Shown here piece by piece: positions 35,057-45,417 of a stretch of 64,000 nucleotides of DNA. Where the stretch lies: positions 43,364 through 107,363 of the forward strand of contig JAGLYZ010000002.1 of assembly GCA_023131895.1 (NCBI GenBank), read 5' to 3'. How positions within the stretch are numbered: position 1 is the first letter of the stretch; each line of letters opens with the position of its first letter. The notes below the pieces were generated by a model, which saw nothing but the letters and a program-made list of their open reading frames with translations, had not been told where the DNA came from and made no database searches. The position numbers and the translations under genes were made by a program. This DNA is from Candidatus Parcubacteria bacterium. GTDB lineage: Bacteria; Patescibacteriota; Minisyncoccia; Minisyncoccales; JAGMDC01.

Positions 35057-35123
35057 TTTTTCTACCTCCCTTTTTTTGCTTTTTGTATAAATACTACATA
35101 TAACATAGCATATCAATAAAATT

Positions 35124-36569
35124 TTGTCAAGGTTGCTTGATGTAAATATATGGGTTAAGATTAAATATATGTTAAAGCTATACAATACTTTATCGCGGAA
35201 AAAAGAGGTTTTTAAACCAATAAAGAAAAAGCAAGTTGGACTTTATACCTGCGGACCAACGGTTTATTTTTATGCCCATATAGGTAATTTGAAAACTTAT
35301 ATTTTTGAAGATATTTTAAAAAAAATATTAGAGTATAACAGCTATAAAGTAAACCATGTAATGAATATCACTGATGTAGGCCATTTAACTTCTGACGCTG
35401 ATACTGGCGAAGATAAACTGGAAAAAGGCGCAAAAAGAGAAAAGAAAACTGTTTGGCAAATCGCTGAATTCTATACCAAGGCGTTTAAGAAAGATATAAA
35501 AGATTTAAACATTGAAGAACCAGATATTTGGATAAAAGCAACTGACACTATTAAAGACCAGATAAATTTAATCAAAATTTTGGAGAAAAAAGGATTTACT
35601 TATAAAATTGACGACGGCATTTATTTTAATACAGCAAAACTTAAAACTTATGGCCGATTATGGGGCAGAAAAAAGATATCAATGAAACCAGAAGCAAGAA
35701 TAAAAATGGCTGCTGGCAAAAAAAATCCTACTGACTTTGCTTTGTGGAAATTCAGCCCAAAAGGAGCTAAAAGGCAAATGGAATGGAAATCGCCTTGGGG
35801 GATTGGATTTCCTGGCTGGCATACAGAATGCGTGGTAATGGGAATTAAAAATTTAGGTGTTCCATTTGATATTCACTGCGGCGGAATTGATCATATTCTT
35901 ATTCACCATACTAATGAAATCGCCCAGGCAGAAGCTGCTTATGGAAAAATTTTAGCAAATTTCTGGCTGCATAGTGAATTTCTCGTTTTAGGCAAGGAAA
36001 AAATGGCAAAATCTAAGGGCAATATTGCTATTTTGGATGAGGTTATCAAAAAAGCATTTAATCCTCTTGCCTATCGCTATTTATGCCTTGGCGCGCATTA
36101 CCGCTCAAAACTAAACTTTTCATGGAAGGCATTAGAAGGAGCCCAAAATTCTTTAAATAATCTTTATCAAAAAGTAGCCGAATACTCCGAGAACCGTTCT
36201 CGCTCTGGAAGAATCAAGAACGATTCTTCCAAAATCAAAAATTATCAAAACAAATTTCTGGAATTTGTTAATGACGATTTGAATACGCCAAAAGCTTTAG
36301 CTTTACTCTGGCAAATAGTCAAAGCTCAAGAAATATCAAACAGAGAAAAGTATAAACTTTTATTAGATTTTGACAAAGTTTTTAGCTTGGACTTAGACAA
36401 AGTTAAAAAACTGCGAATACCTCAACAAGTTAAAAAACTTGTAGAAGAAAGAGAAAAATTTCGTGAGCAGAAAAACTGGAAAAAAGCAGATGAAGCTCGC
36501 AAAAAAGTTGAAAAAATTGGATATCAAATTGAAGATACTGAAAAAGGATATAAAATCTTGAAAAAATAA
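35124..36569 (+). CDS. cysS: cysteine--tRNA ligase
   Basis: Class I motifs HIGN (HIGH) and KMAKSKGN (KMSKS); Zn-binding Cys/His; DALR-like C-terminus; true start probably at Met 35169. Confidence 0.9.
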   Translation: MSRLLDVNIWVKIKYMLKLYNTLSRKKEVFKPIKKKQVGLYTCGPTVYFYAHIGNLKTYIFEDILKKILEYNSYKVNHVMNITDVGHLTSDADTGEDKLEKGAKREKKTVWQIAEFYTKAFKKDIKDLNIEEPDIWIKATDTIKDQINLIKILEKKGFTYKIDDGIYFNTAKLKTYGRLWGRKKISMKPEARIKMAAGKKNPTDFALWKFSPKGAKRQMEWKSPWGIGFPGWHTECVVMGIKNLGVPFDIHCGGIDHILIHHTNEIAQAEAAYGKILANFWLHSEFLVLGKEKMAKSKGNIAILDEVIKKAFNPLAYRYLCLGAHYRSKLNFSWKALEGAQNSLNNLYQKVAEYSENRSRSGRIKNDSSKIKNYQNKFLEFVNDDLNTPKALALLWQIVKAQEISNREKYKLLLDFDKVFSLDLDKVKKLRIPQQVKKLVEEREKFREQKNWKKADEARKKVEKIGYQIEDTEKGYKILKK

Positions 36570-36599
36570 TAAAAATTATATAATTTAAAGTATAACAAT

Positions 36600-37994
36600 A
36601 TGCCGGAAAACAATTCATTAAATAAAGAACTGCCTGAAAAACTTCCGCCTCAAAATATAGAAGCAGAAAAATCCCTGCTCGGCTCTTTGATGATTGATAA
36701 AAACGCTATCGTTAAAGTCGTTGACTTTTTACAGTCAAAAGATTTCTATCAAGGCATACACCAGCAGATTTACGAGACAATGGCAGAACTATTTGAAAAA
36801 AAAGAGCCAGTTGATTTGCTTTCTGTCTCCAACCGGCTTAAAGAAAAAGAGCAATTGGAAGCAATCGGAGGAAACAGTTATCTAACTGAATTAATAAACT
36901 CTGTGCCTAATGCGCTTCATGTTCTTAACTATGCTAAAATCGCCCAAAGAAAAAGAATTTTAAGGGATTTAATAAGCGCTTCTTATGAAATCGGTTTAAT
37001 GGGCTATAATGAAACAGACGATGTAGATGTTTTATTGGATAACGCGGAAAAAAGAATTTTTAGCATTGCCCAAAAATCACTTTCTCAAAAATTTGTTCCG
37101 GTAAAAGACACATTGGAAGAGGCATTTGAGCGCCTTGACGCTTTATCAAAGCAGAAAGAAGGCATAAGAGGAGTGCCAACTGGTTTTATTGATTTAGACA
37201 ATAAGTTATCCGGCCTTCAAAAATCTGATCTTATTATTTTAGCTTCCCGGCCATCTTTGGGGAAAAGCAGTTTAGCGCTTGACATCGCGCGTAATGCAGC
37301 TATTCACCATAAAATTGCAGTTGGAATATTCAGTTTAGAAATGTCAAAAGACCAGGTAGTAGACAGGATTATTGCCAGTACGGCTAATGTTGATTTATGG
37401 CGTTTTAGAACAGGCCGTTTGTCAAGCGAAGGAGAAAACAATGATTTTTCCAAAATCCAGCAGTCATTGGGCATATTGTCTGAAGCGCCAATTTATATTG
37501 ATGATGCCGCCACTTCTAATATTCTTCAAATGAGAGCAATGGCGCGCCGTTTGCAAGCAGATAAAGGATTGGGTTTGGTTATTGTTGATTATCTCCAGCT
37601 CATGGAGCCAAGAACTGCCAGCGCCAATATTGTTCAGCAAATGACTGAAATTTCCCGTTCCTTAAAAGGACTTGCTCGAGAGCTTAATGTTCCAGTTTTA
37701 GCTCTTTCGCAATTATCAAGAGCAGTAGAACAGCGCTCTCCGCAGATTCCGCGTTTATCAGACTTGCGTGACACAGGAGCTCTTGAACAGGATGCTGATG
37801 TGGTTTTGTTTATCCATCGGGAAGATAAATACAGGCCTGATACAGCGCGCAAAAATATCGCTGATATTATTATAGCCAAGCACCGTAATGGCCCGCCTGG
37901 AAAAGTGGAATTATATTTTAACGAACAAAAAGTCAGTTTTAGGAGTTTAGAAAAAACTGAAAAAGAAGAATTCGGCGAATCAGAGTATGAATAA
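36600..37994 (+). CDS. dnaB: replicative DNA helicase DnaB
   Basis: N-terminal DnaB domain (PPQNIEAEKSLLGSLM), RecA-like C-domain with Walker A ASRPSLGKSS, Walker B LVIVDYLQLM, arginine finger region; 464 aa. Confidence 0.9.
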   Translation: MPENNSLNKELPEKLPPQNIEAEKSLLGSLMIDKNAIVKVVDFLQSKDFYQGIHQQIYETMAELFEKKEPVDLLSVSNRLKEKEQLEAIGGNSYLTELINSVPNALHVLNYAKIAQRKRILRDLISASYEIGLMGYNETDDVDVLLDNAEKRIFSIAQKSLSQKFVPVKDTLEEAFERLDALSKQKEGIRGVPTGFIDLDNKLSGLQKSDLIILASRPSLGKSSLALDIARNAAIHHKIAVGIFSLEMSKDQVVDRIIASTANVDLWRFRTGRLSSEGENNDFSKIQQSLGILSEAPIYIDDAATSNILQMRAMARRLQADKGLGLVIVDYLQLMEPRTASANIVQQMTEISRSLKGLARELNVPVLALSQLSRAVEQRSPQIPRLSDLRDTGALEQDADVVLFIHREDKYRPDTARKNIADIIIAKHRNGPPGKVELYFNEQKVSFRSLEKTEKEEFGESEYE

Positions 37995-38619
37995 TTATCC
38001 TCCTTCAATCCAAAAACTTATTGATATATTTTCCAGTTTTCCTACTGTTGGCCCGCGAACTGCGGCTCGTTTTGTTTTTTATCTAATGCGGCTACCGGAA
38101 GAAAAGATAAAAGAAATCTTAGATTCTGTTTCCAATTTAAAAAAGACCATAAAAATTTGCTCTTTTTGTTTTAGTCCTTTTCAAGCAGCAGACACTGAAG
38201 AAACTCTTTGCCCGATTTGCCAAAATAAGACCCGGAATAGAAATCTGCTTTGCATTATTGAAAAAGAAACTGATTTAGTTGCTCTTGAAAAAACTAAAAA
38301 ATACAATGGGCTTTATTTTATATTAGGCGGAACTGTTTCTAAACTAAAAGAAGATGAGATTAGAAAGCTAAGAGCTGAAGCATTAATAGAAAGAATAAAA
38401 AATCCAGAAAAATTTGGAATTTCTGGAGCTGATTTTCAAGAAATCATTATTGCTTTTAATCCTACTGCTGAAAGCGAAGCTACTGCTTTATATTTAAAAC
38501 GGCTCTTAAAGCCGCTTGGCAAGAAGATAACGCAGCTGGGCCGTGGCTTACCCATAGGCGGTGAATTAGAATACGCTGACCAAGAAACCCTGTCATCTGC
38601 ACTTGAAAGCAGAAGATAA
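37987..38619 (+). CDS. recR: recombination protein RecR
   Basis: HhH N-terminus, C4 zinc finger (CSFCFS...CPICQ), Toprim domain (LCIIEKETD...GG); 210 aa. Confidence 0.9.
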   Translation: MNNYPPSIQKLIDIFSSFPTVGPRTAARFVFYLMRLPEEKIKEILDSVSNLKKTIKICSFCFSPFQAADTEETLCPICQNKTRNRNLLCIIEKETDLVALEKTKKYNGLYFILGGTVSKLKEDEIRKLRAEALIERIKNPEKFGISGADFQEIIIAFNPTAESEATALYLKRLLKPLGKKITQLGRGLPIGGELEYADQETLSSALESRR

Positions 38620-38640
38620 AATAATTTTTTGCCAAATATT

Positions 38641-38668
38641 AAAAACACCATTTAAGGTGTTTTTTAGA
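38641..38668. terminator. bidirectional intrinsic terminator between recR and rplU
   Basis: AAAAACACCatttaaGGTGTTTTTT: 7-bp stem flanked by A-run and T-run. Confidence 0.55.
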
Positions 38669-38746
38669 TTCTCTTTCTAAAACAAAATTAGTAATAATAT
38701 TGCGACCGTAAGATTATTACTAATAGAAAAAATTGATATTTTTAAA

Positions 38747-39109
38747 TTATTCTGTTTCAATTTTTAGGATTTCAACCTCTGTAAATAGCTGGCGATGGCC
38801 GGTTTTTTTTCTATATCTTTTCTTTGCCTTGTATTTAAAAATAATTACTTTTTTTTCTTTGCCCTGCTTTAAAACTTTTCCAATAACTTTAGCTCCCTTC
38901 ACTAAAGGAGTTCCAATTTCCAGTTTTTTATTCTTTTCTAAAAGCAAAACTTCGGAAAATTTTATCTCTTTTTCCTCTTTTGCGTCAAGTTTCTCTATTT
39001 TTAATTTAGTTCCTGGCTCAACAATATACTGTTTTCCGCCAGTTTTAATTACGGCCAGTGTCATATTAGCATATAAACATTTAAACATATTAACATAACT
39101 CAAAATCAA
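38747..39109 (-). CDS. rplU: 50S ribosomal protein bL21
   Basis: MTLAVIKTGGKQYIVEPGTKLKIEKL matches the bL21 N-terminus; likely true start at the internal Met (about 39061), giving 104 aa. Confidence 0.85.
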   Translation of the reverse strand: MILSYVNMFKCLYANMTLAVIKTGGKQYIVEPGTKLKIEKLDAKEEKEIKFSEVLLLEKNKKLEIGTPLVKGAKVIGKVLKQGKEKKVIIFKYKAKKRYRKKTGHRQLFTEVEILKIETE

Positions 39110-39120
39110 AAAATTTTGCT

Positions 39121-39160
39121 GGAATGCTGGAATGCTAAAATGTTAGAATGTTAGAATGAT
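39121..39160 (+). repeat. tandem 8-bp repeat x5 (GGAATGCT GGAATGCT AAAATGTT AGAATGTT AGAATGAT)
   Basis: Read directly; abuts the rmuC stop codon and lies in the rplU upstream region. Confidence 0.6.
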
Positions 39161-40209
39161 TATTGCTCTGGTTTTTCTATTTGTAATGGTTCAACTTTTT
39201 TCTCTCCTTTAGTTATCTTAGCCACATCTTTATCTATTTTGCCAAATTCCTTATATGCCTGATTATAAGTATTTACTGTTGTGCTAATATTATTTCCTAA
39301 CCTCTGCAGAAAACTATCGTAATTCAGCAAATGTTTTTGAAGATTTTCTACTTGCTTTCCAATTTGCTTGGCTGATTCTTCTATCTGCAGAGCGCGCAAG
39401 CCCTGAAGCACGGTTTGCAAATAGGCATAAAAAGAAGTCGGAGAAACAATAATAACATGCTTTTCTTTAAAGGCATATTCAATTAAGTCGTAAGTAGTTA
39501 TCTTTATAGCACCAATTTGATTAATTAGCAAGTCATAATAAATGCCTTCAGAAGGAATGAACATAAAAGCAAAATCCATTGTTCCTTCGTCTGGCCTGAT
39601 ATATTTGGCTGTTTCCTCAATTCTCGTTTTTATATCCTGTTTAAATATTTTTTCTAATTTCTCCCTTTTCTCCGGCTCTTTTTCCTCTAAAATTTTATTG
39701 TAGTTTTCTAAAGAAAACTTGGAATCAATTGGAACAATTTTATCTTTTATAAAAATTACTGCGTCAACAATCTCGCCATCCTTGAATTGATACTGAAGCT
39801 TGTATTGATTTGGCTGAAAAACATTTTTTAGCAGGGTTTCTAAAAAATACTCGCCTAAAATCCCTCTTTGTTTTGGATTAGCCAAAACATCAGTCAATTT
39901 ACCCAGTTGCGATTTAACATCTAAAACATGCTGGTGGTCGCTGTGGATTTTCTCCAACTGGCTGGTTACGTCTCTTACAATCTTACCGCTTTCATTAAGT
40001 TGTTTTTGTAATGACTCTATATTCTTTTCGCTTGTTTTTTCTATTTTTTCCCGGATTTCTTTTAATTCCTGCTGGAACAAATTAAAAACCGGCTCATCTT
40101 CTTTTCTTTCTTTTAATAATCTTAGCTCTTTTCTAATTAAAAAAACTGAGAGCACCACTCCCCCGCTAACAACTAAAACTATTATTAAAACAAAAAACAA
40201 CTCAGCCAT
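39160..40209 (-). CDS. rmuC: DNA recombination protein RmuC
   Basis: N-terminal TM helix, long coiled coil, conserved RmuC block KQRGILGEYFLETLL and C-terminal PD-(D/E)xK-like region; 349 aa. Confidence 0.8.
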   Translation of the reverse strand: MAELFFVLIIVLVVSGGVVLSVFLIRKELRLLKERKEDEPVFNLFQQELKEIREKIEKTSEKNIESLQKQLNESGKIVRDVTSQLEKIHSDHQHVLDVKSQLGKLTDVLANPKQRGILGEYFLETLLKNVFQPNQYKLQYQFKDGEIVDAVIFIKDKIVPIDSKFSLENYNKILEEKEPEKREKLEKIFKQDIKTRIEETAKYIRPDEGTMDFAFMFIPSEGIYYDLLINQIGAIKITTYDLIEYAFKEKHVIIVSPTSFYAYLQTVLQGLRALQIEESAKQIGKQVENLQKHLLNYDSFLQRLGNNISTTVNTYNQAYKEFGKIDKDVAKITKGEKKVEPLQIEKPEQ

Positions 40210-40240
40210 AATAAAAATGCCTCATTCTAAAATGAAAAAT

Positions 40241-40462
40241 CTATTCTTTTATTCCTTTAACTGCTTCTTCTTTTTCTGTGTCAAGCAAAATGATATCCTT
40301 TAAAGTTTTCAAAAGACCAATCCTTTCTTTTTCATCTAAATAAGGCAATCTATCTAAAAATTCCTTTCTTTGTTCTTCTGTTATTAATGGAGTTTCTTTA
40401 ATAAGGCCTTTCAAAGATTTATTTGTGAGAAGAATATTAGTCATAAGTTTATATTTCTCCAA
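40241..40462 (-). CDS. hypothetical small protein (73 aa)
   Basis: ORF overlapping the upstream E/K-rich gene end by 14 nt. Confidence 0.35.
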   Translation of the reverse strand: MEKYKLMTNILLTNKSLKGLIKETPLITEEQRKEFLDRLPYLDEKERIGLLKTLKDIILLDTEKEEAVKGIKE

Positions 40463-42158
40463 AAATAATTGCTAAAATCCAATCTATTAGACCATACTTT
40501 TTTTCTGAGAATTCTTTATAAACTTCTTTCTGCTCGTCTGTAAGTTTTTCTGGCTCAATCCCCCAACTTTCAAGAGTTTCTCTCAAACCTTCCTCATCTT
40601 CTTCCCATTCTCCTTCTAATTCTTCATCTTTTTTTATTAATTTAGTAAATTCTTTTTTTATATTTTCTTTCCCTTCTTTGCCTTTTCCAAATTCTTTTTC
40701 TATTTTCGCTTTTCTTTTAGAATCTTTGTCAATTTCTTTTGATAATTCTCGTGCCGCTACATCTCTTCCCATTTTTTCATAACATTTCTCTATTATTTCA
40801 TCTGTGGTTTTTTCCACTTCCTCTTTAAGAATATCATTCTTTTTTTCTTCAAATTTTATATTCCATTCCTCTCCCAATTCCTCTTTTTTGGTATTAATTT
40901 CTCCATTTTTTATTTCATTACCTATTTCAATAATTTTTTCAAATCTTGTCATTTTTATCTTCCCACCTATTTGCTTCCCTGTTATATTAACTTTATCCTC
41001 ACCAAAAGGATTAATTTTTCTTGCTTTTTTTATTTTTCCAATCTCCTCTGGAGAAATTTCCTGTTTTAGAAAAGCAAGAACATCACTTTCTTCTATTTCC
41101 TTCAATCCTTTCAAATTCTTATTTAAAGTTTCCTGCAGATAATCTACTCTTGACTTAGCATAATCATCAATACTTCCCGCTGCTTTTTGCTTCACAGGCG
41201 ATAATCTGTCCCATTCCTCCTGAAAAAATTTATTTATTTCTTCAATTTTAAAAGTTTCTATTCCTTTTTCTACATAATCATTTTTTTCTCCTATACCTGC
41301 TTCAGTTTTTGTTTTCTTATCTAAATTTTCTCCAACAAGCTTTTCCCAAACTTTTTCTTTAATTGGACCCTCGGGAAGACGTTTGAAAATTGCTGTTTTT
41401 ATATCCGGAGGGAGATCTTCTCCAAAATATTCTATTTCTTCTCTTAAATTTTCAGCGTATTTCCATTCTTTATTCTCTTTATCAAGTAAACCCCAAAATT
41501 CATTCTTATCCCTGACACAATCCATTACTCTGCTTTCATCAAACTCATCTATGTCTTGCCCTGCCAATTCCGAATAATCATCTGGGTAATTTTCTATTTG
41601 CTCTTTTAACCATTCTTTACCTTGACTAACTAAAATATCTTTCATTTGCTCCTCAAGAATGCCTTGAATACTTTTAATAGTATCTTTATCTACGCTAAAT
41701 CTTTCTTTGTCGTAAAATCTTCTATAAATTTCACTTTTTCTATCCTCTGTTTTCTTTCTTTTTTCCTCTTCCAATTTTTCTCCCAATTCAGGAGATTTTT
41801 TCTTCTTTTTTCTCTCTACTTTTTCTTCCTTTTCCTTTTTTTCTTTTTCTTCTTCTCCTTTTCCCGCTTCTTTTTTTCTCGCTTCCAGTATTTTTTCAAT
41901 CTCTTCCTTTGACATACTATCTTTATCTATTTCTTTATCCGCTATTTTTTCTCCTTTTTCTTGTTTTCCCACATTTTTTTTGTTATTATTTTCATCTTTT
42001 AGTTCCGACCTTTTTATTTTTTCTTTTGTTTCGTTTGTAAAATCATCCTCTTTCACTTCCTCCTCTTCTTCAACTGAAAAATTCCAGCCCGTCTCTTTGC
42101 CCGTTTCTTTCATCTCTTTGAGAATTTTTTTTCCTAATCCTCTTTCTCTTTTTCTCAT
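40449..42158 (-). CDS. lysine/glutamate-rich low-complexity protein (569 aa) with hydrophobic C-terminal tail
   Basis: About 45% K+E, coiled-coil character, ends in LIDWILAIIFGEI; immediately downstream of the VirD4-like gene. Confidence 0.5.
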   Translation of the reverse strand: MRKRERGLGKKILKEMKETGKETGWNFSVEEEEEVKEDDFTNETKEKIKRSELKDENNNKKNVGKQEKGEKIADKEIDKDSMSKEEIEKILEARKKEAGKGEEEKEKKEKEEKVERKKKKKSPELGEKLEEEKRKKTEDRKSEIYRRFYDKERFSVDKDTIKSIQGILEEQMKDILVSQGKEWLKEQIENYPDDYSELAGQDIDEFDESRVMDCVRDKNEFWGLLDKENKEWKYAENLREEIEYFGEDLPPDIKTAIFKRLPEGPIKEKVWEKLVGENLDKKTKTEAGIGEKNDYVEKGIETFKIEEINKFFQEEWDRLSPVKQKAAGSIDDYAKSRVDYLQETLNKNLKGLKEIEESDVLAFLKQEISPEEIGKIKKARKINPFGEDKVNITGKQIGGKIKMTRFEKIIEIGNEIKNGEINTKKEELGEEWNIKFEEKKNDILKEEVEKTTDEIIEKCYEKMGRDVAARELSKEIDKDSKRKAKIEKEFGKGKEGKENIKKEFTKLIKKDEELEGEWEEDEEGLRETLESWGIEPEKLTDEQKEVYKEFSEKKYGLIDWILAIIFGEI

Positions 42159-42181
42159 GTTTTTTACCCTGTTAAATAATT

Positions 42182-44626
42182 TTATCCAAGTCTTGACCTT
42201 TCCATTATTTCTCTTTCAACAAGTGCTCTTGGTCTGCCATATTTTAGCTTGGAGATTTTCTTGACTGGTTCTACAATTTTTGGATTACCTCCAACTGGTT
42301 TAATGGTTTTTACCTTAAATGGAGAAGAAACCTTGTTGTCTATTATCATCTTAACAATAAACTGAAAATTATCAAGATTAACTAAGTCATAACGGGAGAA
42401 TTCCGGCTCAAGGACATTTTCCAAAAATTCAGCATCAGTGGCGCCAATTCTGAAGGCAGCAATTGTTCCCACGTTTCCAATCACAGCGTTTCTAATCTCA
42501 TCGGTTAATTGAGGAATAAACTGGTGTGCTAAAATTAAATCCAAACGGTATTTTCTCGCCTCTGATAAAATAGTAGCAATGGTATCAGTGGTGAAGTTTT
42601 GAAATTCATCAATATATAAGTAAAAATCTTTTCTCTGTTCTTCAGGCAGTTTCCCTCTTTTCATTGCAGCTAACTGCATTTTTGAGACCAAAATCAAACC
42701 CAATAAAGAACTATTCATTTCGCCTGTTTGTCCTTTTGACAAATTGGCTAAAAATATTTTTCCTTCATCCATAATCTTTGCCAAATCAAACCCAGAAAAG
42801 GACTGGCCAATAATATTCCTCATCATTTCATTCTCAACAAATCTGCCAACTTTGGAAACAACATAACCAAGCATATCTGACTTTGTTTCGCCAGTTGTTT
42901 GAGCCCATTCTTTCAGCCAGAACTGCTTTACTAAAGGATCTTTGACTTTTTCTAACCGTTCCTTCATAAAATCATCATCTGTAAAAATTCTTGGAATTTC
43001 CACTAATGTTCCTGGGTTTTCTTTATCTGCCATTAAAGCAAGCATTGCGTTTCTCATATAATGCTCAAACATAGGACCAATGATTTCTGGAGGAAAAAGC
43101 TTGGAGAAAATAGCAATCATTTCAGAAACAGCAAAATCTTTTTGTTCAGGCGTATCCCATTCCAGCATATTTAATCCGCATGGTCTTTCTAAATCAAATG
43201 GTTCAAACAAAACCACATCTTCAGCCCTTTCTTTTGGAATATTTGCTAAAGTGTCTTCAATCAAATCACCGTGAGGGTCAATTACAGCTACCCCTCTTCC
43301 TTGTTCTATATCCTGACGGATCATTTCTCTTAACAAGGATGACTTACCAGTTCCGGTTTGACCAATAATATAACAATGGCGGCGCCTGTCGTTTTCTGAA
43401 GCAAAATAAACATCTTTTTCTTCATTGCGAAAAACTGCCTTACCTATTAAATTAAGTCCAGTAGAGGGCAATTCAGTAGGCGGCGCTGTTTCTTTTGTTT
43501 TGACCCACTTGATTTGAGGGCTTTCAATATTAGATAAAGGGAAATGATAAATACTTGTAAGTTCTTCTAAATTTAGAATACTCCTCTGGTTTTTATTGAA
43601 AACACGAAAACTGAAATTATAAATAAACTGCTTGAGTTTGTTCGCTTTTATTCTTACTGCCTTAAATTCATTGAAATTATTATAAAACTGGGAAAAACCG
43701 CTTTCTAAGTGGTCTAAAATTTCCTCTGCCCTTGATTGTTCCGGTGCTACACTTACTAAACGGATATTTATATCAAAAACCGGCTTTTGGATTTTTGTTT
43801 TAATTGCTTCAAAGCTCGGTTCTTCAAATGGTTTGTCTTTTTCTTTATCTAATAGTCCTTTCTTCTCTTCTTCTTTTTTTGGAGATACTGCTTCAAAAAA
43901 TGATTCAAAAAACTTCATTATTCCGCTTTTCTCTGCTTCAGTAATAGCTGATGAGGCAGATTTTCCTTCTCTGATTTTATAAAGAACCTTTTCTCCCTTA
44001 TACTTCAAATCTATTGGACAAGGCCTAAGAATTATTTGAACTGCCGCTCCTTCGTCAGGATTAATCTTGCTTAAAGTATTAGTAATGCTTGCCAAAGGAT
44101 CTCTATCCAAATTTTTATAAGTATTAATCGGATAATAAATTGCTTTTTTTAATTTTAGATAACAACCAGATACTTTTCCTTCTGGTTCAAATACAGTATA
44201 ATCTTCAGGAACTTTTTCTACTTGAGCGCCTGGATATAATCCCTGAATATTTTTTTCTAATCTGGTTGCCAAATCAGTTGGAACAGCAACATAAAAAGAA
44301 ATATCACTGCCGCCTGTTTGTGAAGCAATTTCTAAAGCAATTCTTGGCGAGCCTTGCAAAAATCTTTTAATAAAATTCGGCTTTTCTAAATACAAAAAAT
44401 TAGAATATATCTGCTCCATTATTCCAATCACTGATTTTATGTCCTGTTTCTCTTTTTCTTCTTTCTTTTCGTATTTCGGTAATCTCACCAAAAACAAAAC
44501 CATATCCAATGATTTTGTTAATTGCTTAATTTTTCTTTTCTTAATAACTAAAAACCAACCTGTTCCAGCAAGAATAAAAGCTATAAAAATTAAAATCGTA
44601 AATAAAAAATACATAAATAGTATCAA
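42182..44626 (-). CDS. TraG/VirD4/TrwB-like coupling-protein ATPase (FtsK/HerA superfamily) with N-terminal membrane anchor
   Basis: N-terminal TM helices (ILFMYFLFTILIFIAFILAGTGWFLVI), Walker A IIGQTGTGKSS followed by VIDPHGD (cf. DPKGE of VirD4/VirB4), Walker B LYIDEFQNF, C-terminal LILAHQFIPQL (cf. VirD4 ...TQS..QL); 814 aa. Confidence 0.55.
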   Translation of the reverse strand: MILFMYFLFTILIFIAFILAGTGWFLVIKKRKIKQLTKSLDMVLFLVRLPKYEKKEEKEKQDIKSVIGIMEQIYSNFLYLEKPNFIKRFLQGSPRIALEIASQTGGSDISFYVAVPTDLATRLEKNIQGLYPGAQVEKVPEDYTVFEPEGKVSGCYLKLKKAIYYPINTYKNLDRDPLASITNTLSKINPDEGAAVQIILRPCPIDLKYKGEKVLYKIREGKSASSAITEAEKSGIMKFFESFFEAVSPKKEEEKKGLLDKEKDKPFEEPSFEAIKTKIQKPVFDINIRLVSVAPEQSRAEEILDHLESGFSQFYNNFNEFKAVRIKANKLKQFIYNFSFRVFNKNQRSILNLEELTSIYHFPLSNIESPQIKWVKTKETAPPTELPSTGLNLIGKAVFRNEEKDVYFASENDRRRHCYIIGQTGTGKSSLLREMIRQDIEQGRGVAVIDPHGDLIEDTLANIPKERAEDVVLFEPFDLERPCGLNMLEWDTPEQKDFAVSEMIAIFSKLFPPEIIGPMFEHYMRNAMLALMADKENPGTLVEIPRIFTDDDFMKERLEKVKDPLVKQFWLKEWAQTTGETKSDMLGYVVSKVGRFVENEMMRNIIGQSFSGFDLAKIMDEGKIFLANLSKGQTGEMNSSLLGLILVSKMQLAAMKRGKLPEEQRKDFYLYIDEFQNFTTDTIATILSEARKYRLDLILAHQFIPQLTDEIRNAVIGNVGTIAAFRIGATDAEFLENVLEPEFSRYDLVNLDNFQFIVKMIIDNKVSSPFKVKTIKPVGGNPKIVEPVKKISKLKYGRPRALVEREIMERSRLG

Positions 44627-44641
44627 TAGTATTTCACTGTT

Positions 44642-45364
44642 TTATTTTCTTCCAAACAATCTTTTTATTATTCCCAGCCTACCTTTCTCTTCCTCTTCTT
44701 TCTCTTTCCCTTCTGGTATTCCTGTTTCTTCTCCACTAATTTTTTCTTCATCTTTTTCTGACTCTGTCTTTTTCACAAGCTCTCCTCTTCGTTCTAATTC
44801 TTGTAATTCTTCCTTTAATTGATTATAATTTTCTTCCAATTTCTTCATTTCTTTTTCTCTTTCTTCTAAATCTATCAGAGGATTTTGCCATTTTTCTTCT
44901 GGTATTCTACGAATTCCACCTTTGTCAAATTCACCTTTTTCTATTCTTATTTTAAATCTTTCCGCATTCTCCTTCGCCATAGTTAACATCTTATATTTCT
45001 GGTCTATTTCTAAAATTACTCCTTCTAAGTTATTAAAAATCTCCTCGGCTTTTTCTGTTAACAATCCATTTCTTTGCAACTCTTTCCAATTTTCCATTTC
45101 TCGCATTTTTTCCATAGCTTCTTCTATTTTTTCTTTCTCTTCTTCTATTATTTCCCTTTCTTCTGGTGTTAATTCGTCTTTTAACTCTTTCCTTGTTTCT
45201 TTAATCTTTCTTTTGTCTTCGGCTTCAATCTCGGCTTCTTGTTCCTCAATTTCCTCTTCTGACACTTCTTCAATTTTTTCTTCTTTAACTGCCCCTTCTT
45301 CTTTCCTTTTTTCTGCTCTTGTTCTGCCCTCATATTCAATTTTAGGTTTTTCTTGTTTTGGCAT
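44642..45364 (-). CDS. E/K-rich coiled-coil protein (240 aa) with N-terminal PKIEYEG motif
   Basis: Low-complexity charged heptad-like sequence; shares its N-terminal motif with the genes at 47346-48254 and 46652-47248. Confidence 0.5.
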   Translation of the reverse strand: MPKQEKPKIEYEGRTRAEKRKEEGAVKEEKIEEVSEEEIEEQEAEIEAEDKRKIKETRKELKDELTPEEREIIEEEKEKIEEAMEKMREMENWKELQRNGLLTEKAEEIFNNLEGVILEIDQKYKMLTMAKENAERFKIRIEKGEFDKGGIRRIPEEKWQNPLIDLEEREKEMKKLEENYNQLKEELQELERRGELVKKTESEKDEEKISGEETGIPEGKEKEEEEKGRLGIIKRLFGRK

Positions 45365-45417
45365 AAATTTAAATTTTGAATTTTTTTTATTAAACTCGAC
45401 CTTTTTATTTTTCTAAT

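Noticed and set aside
34557-35090. 177-aa plus-strand ORF (and similar F/L/S-rich ORFs at 41646-41912, 41980-42264, 44439-44822, 44922-45416, 40804-41142)
   Set aside because: Low-complexity phenylalanine/serine/leucine-rich translations that are the antisense of lysine/glutamate-rich or real minus-strand genes; no RBS and no domains.
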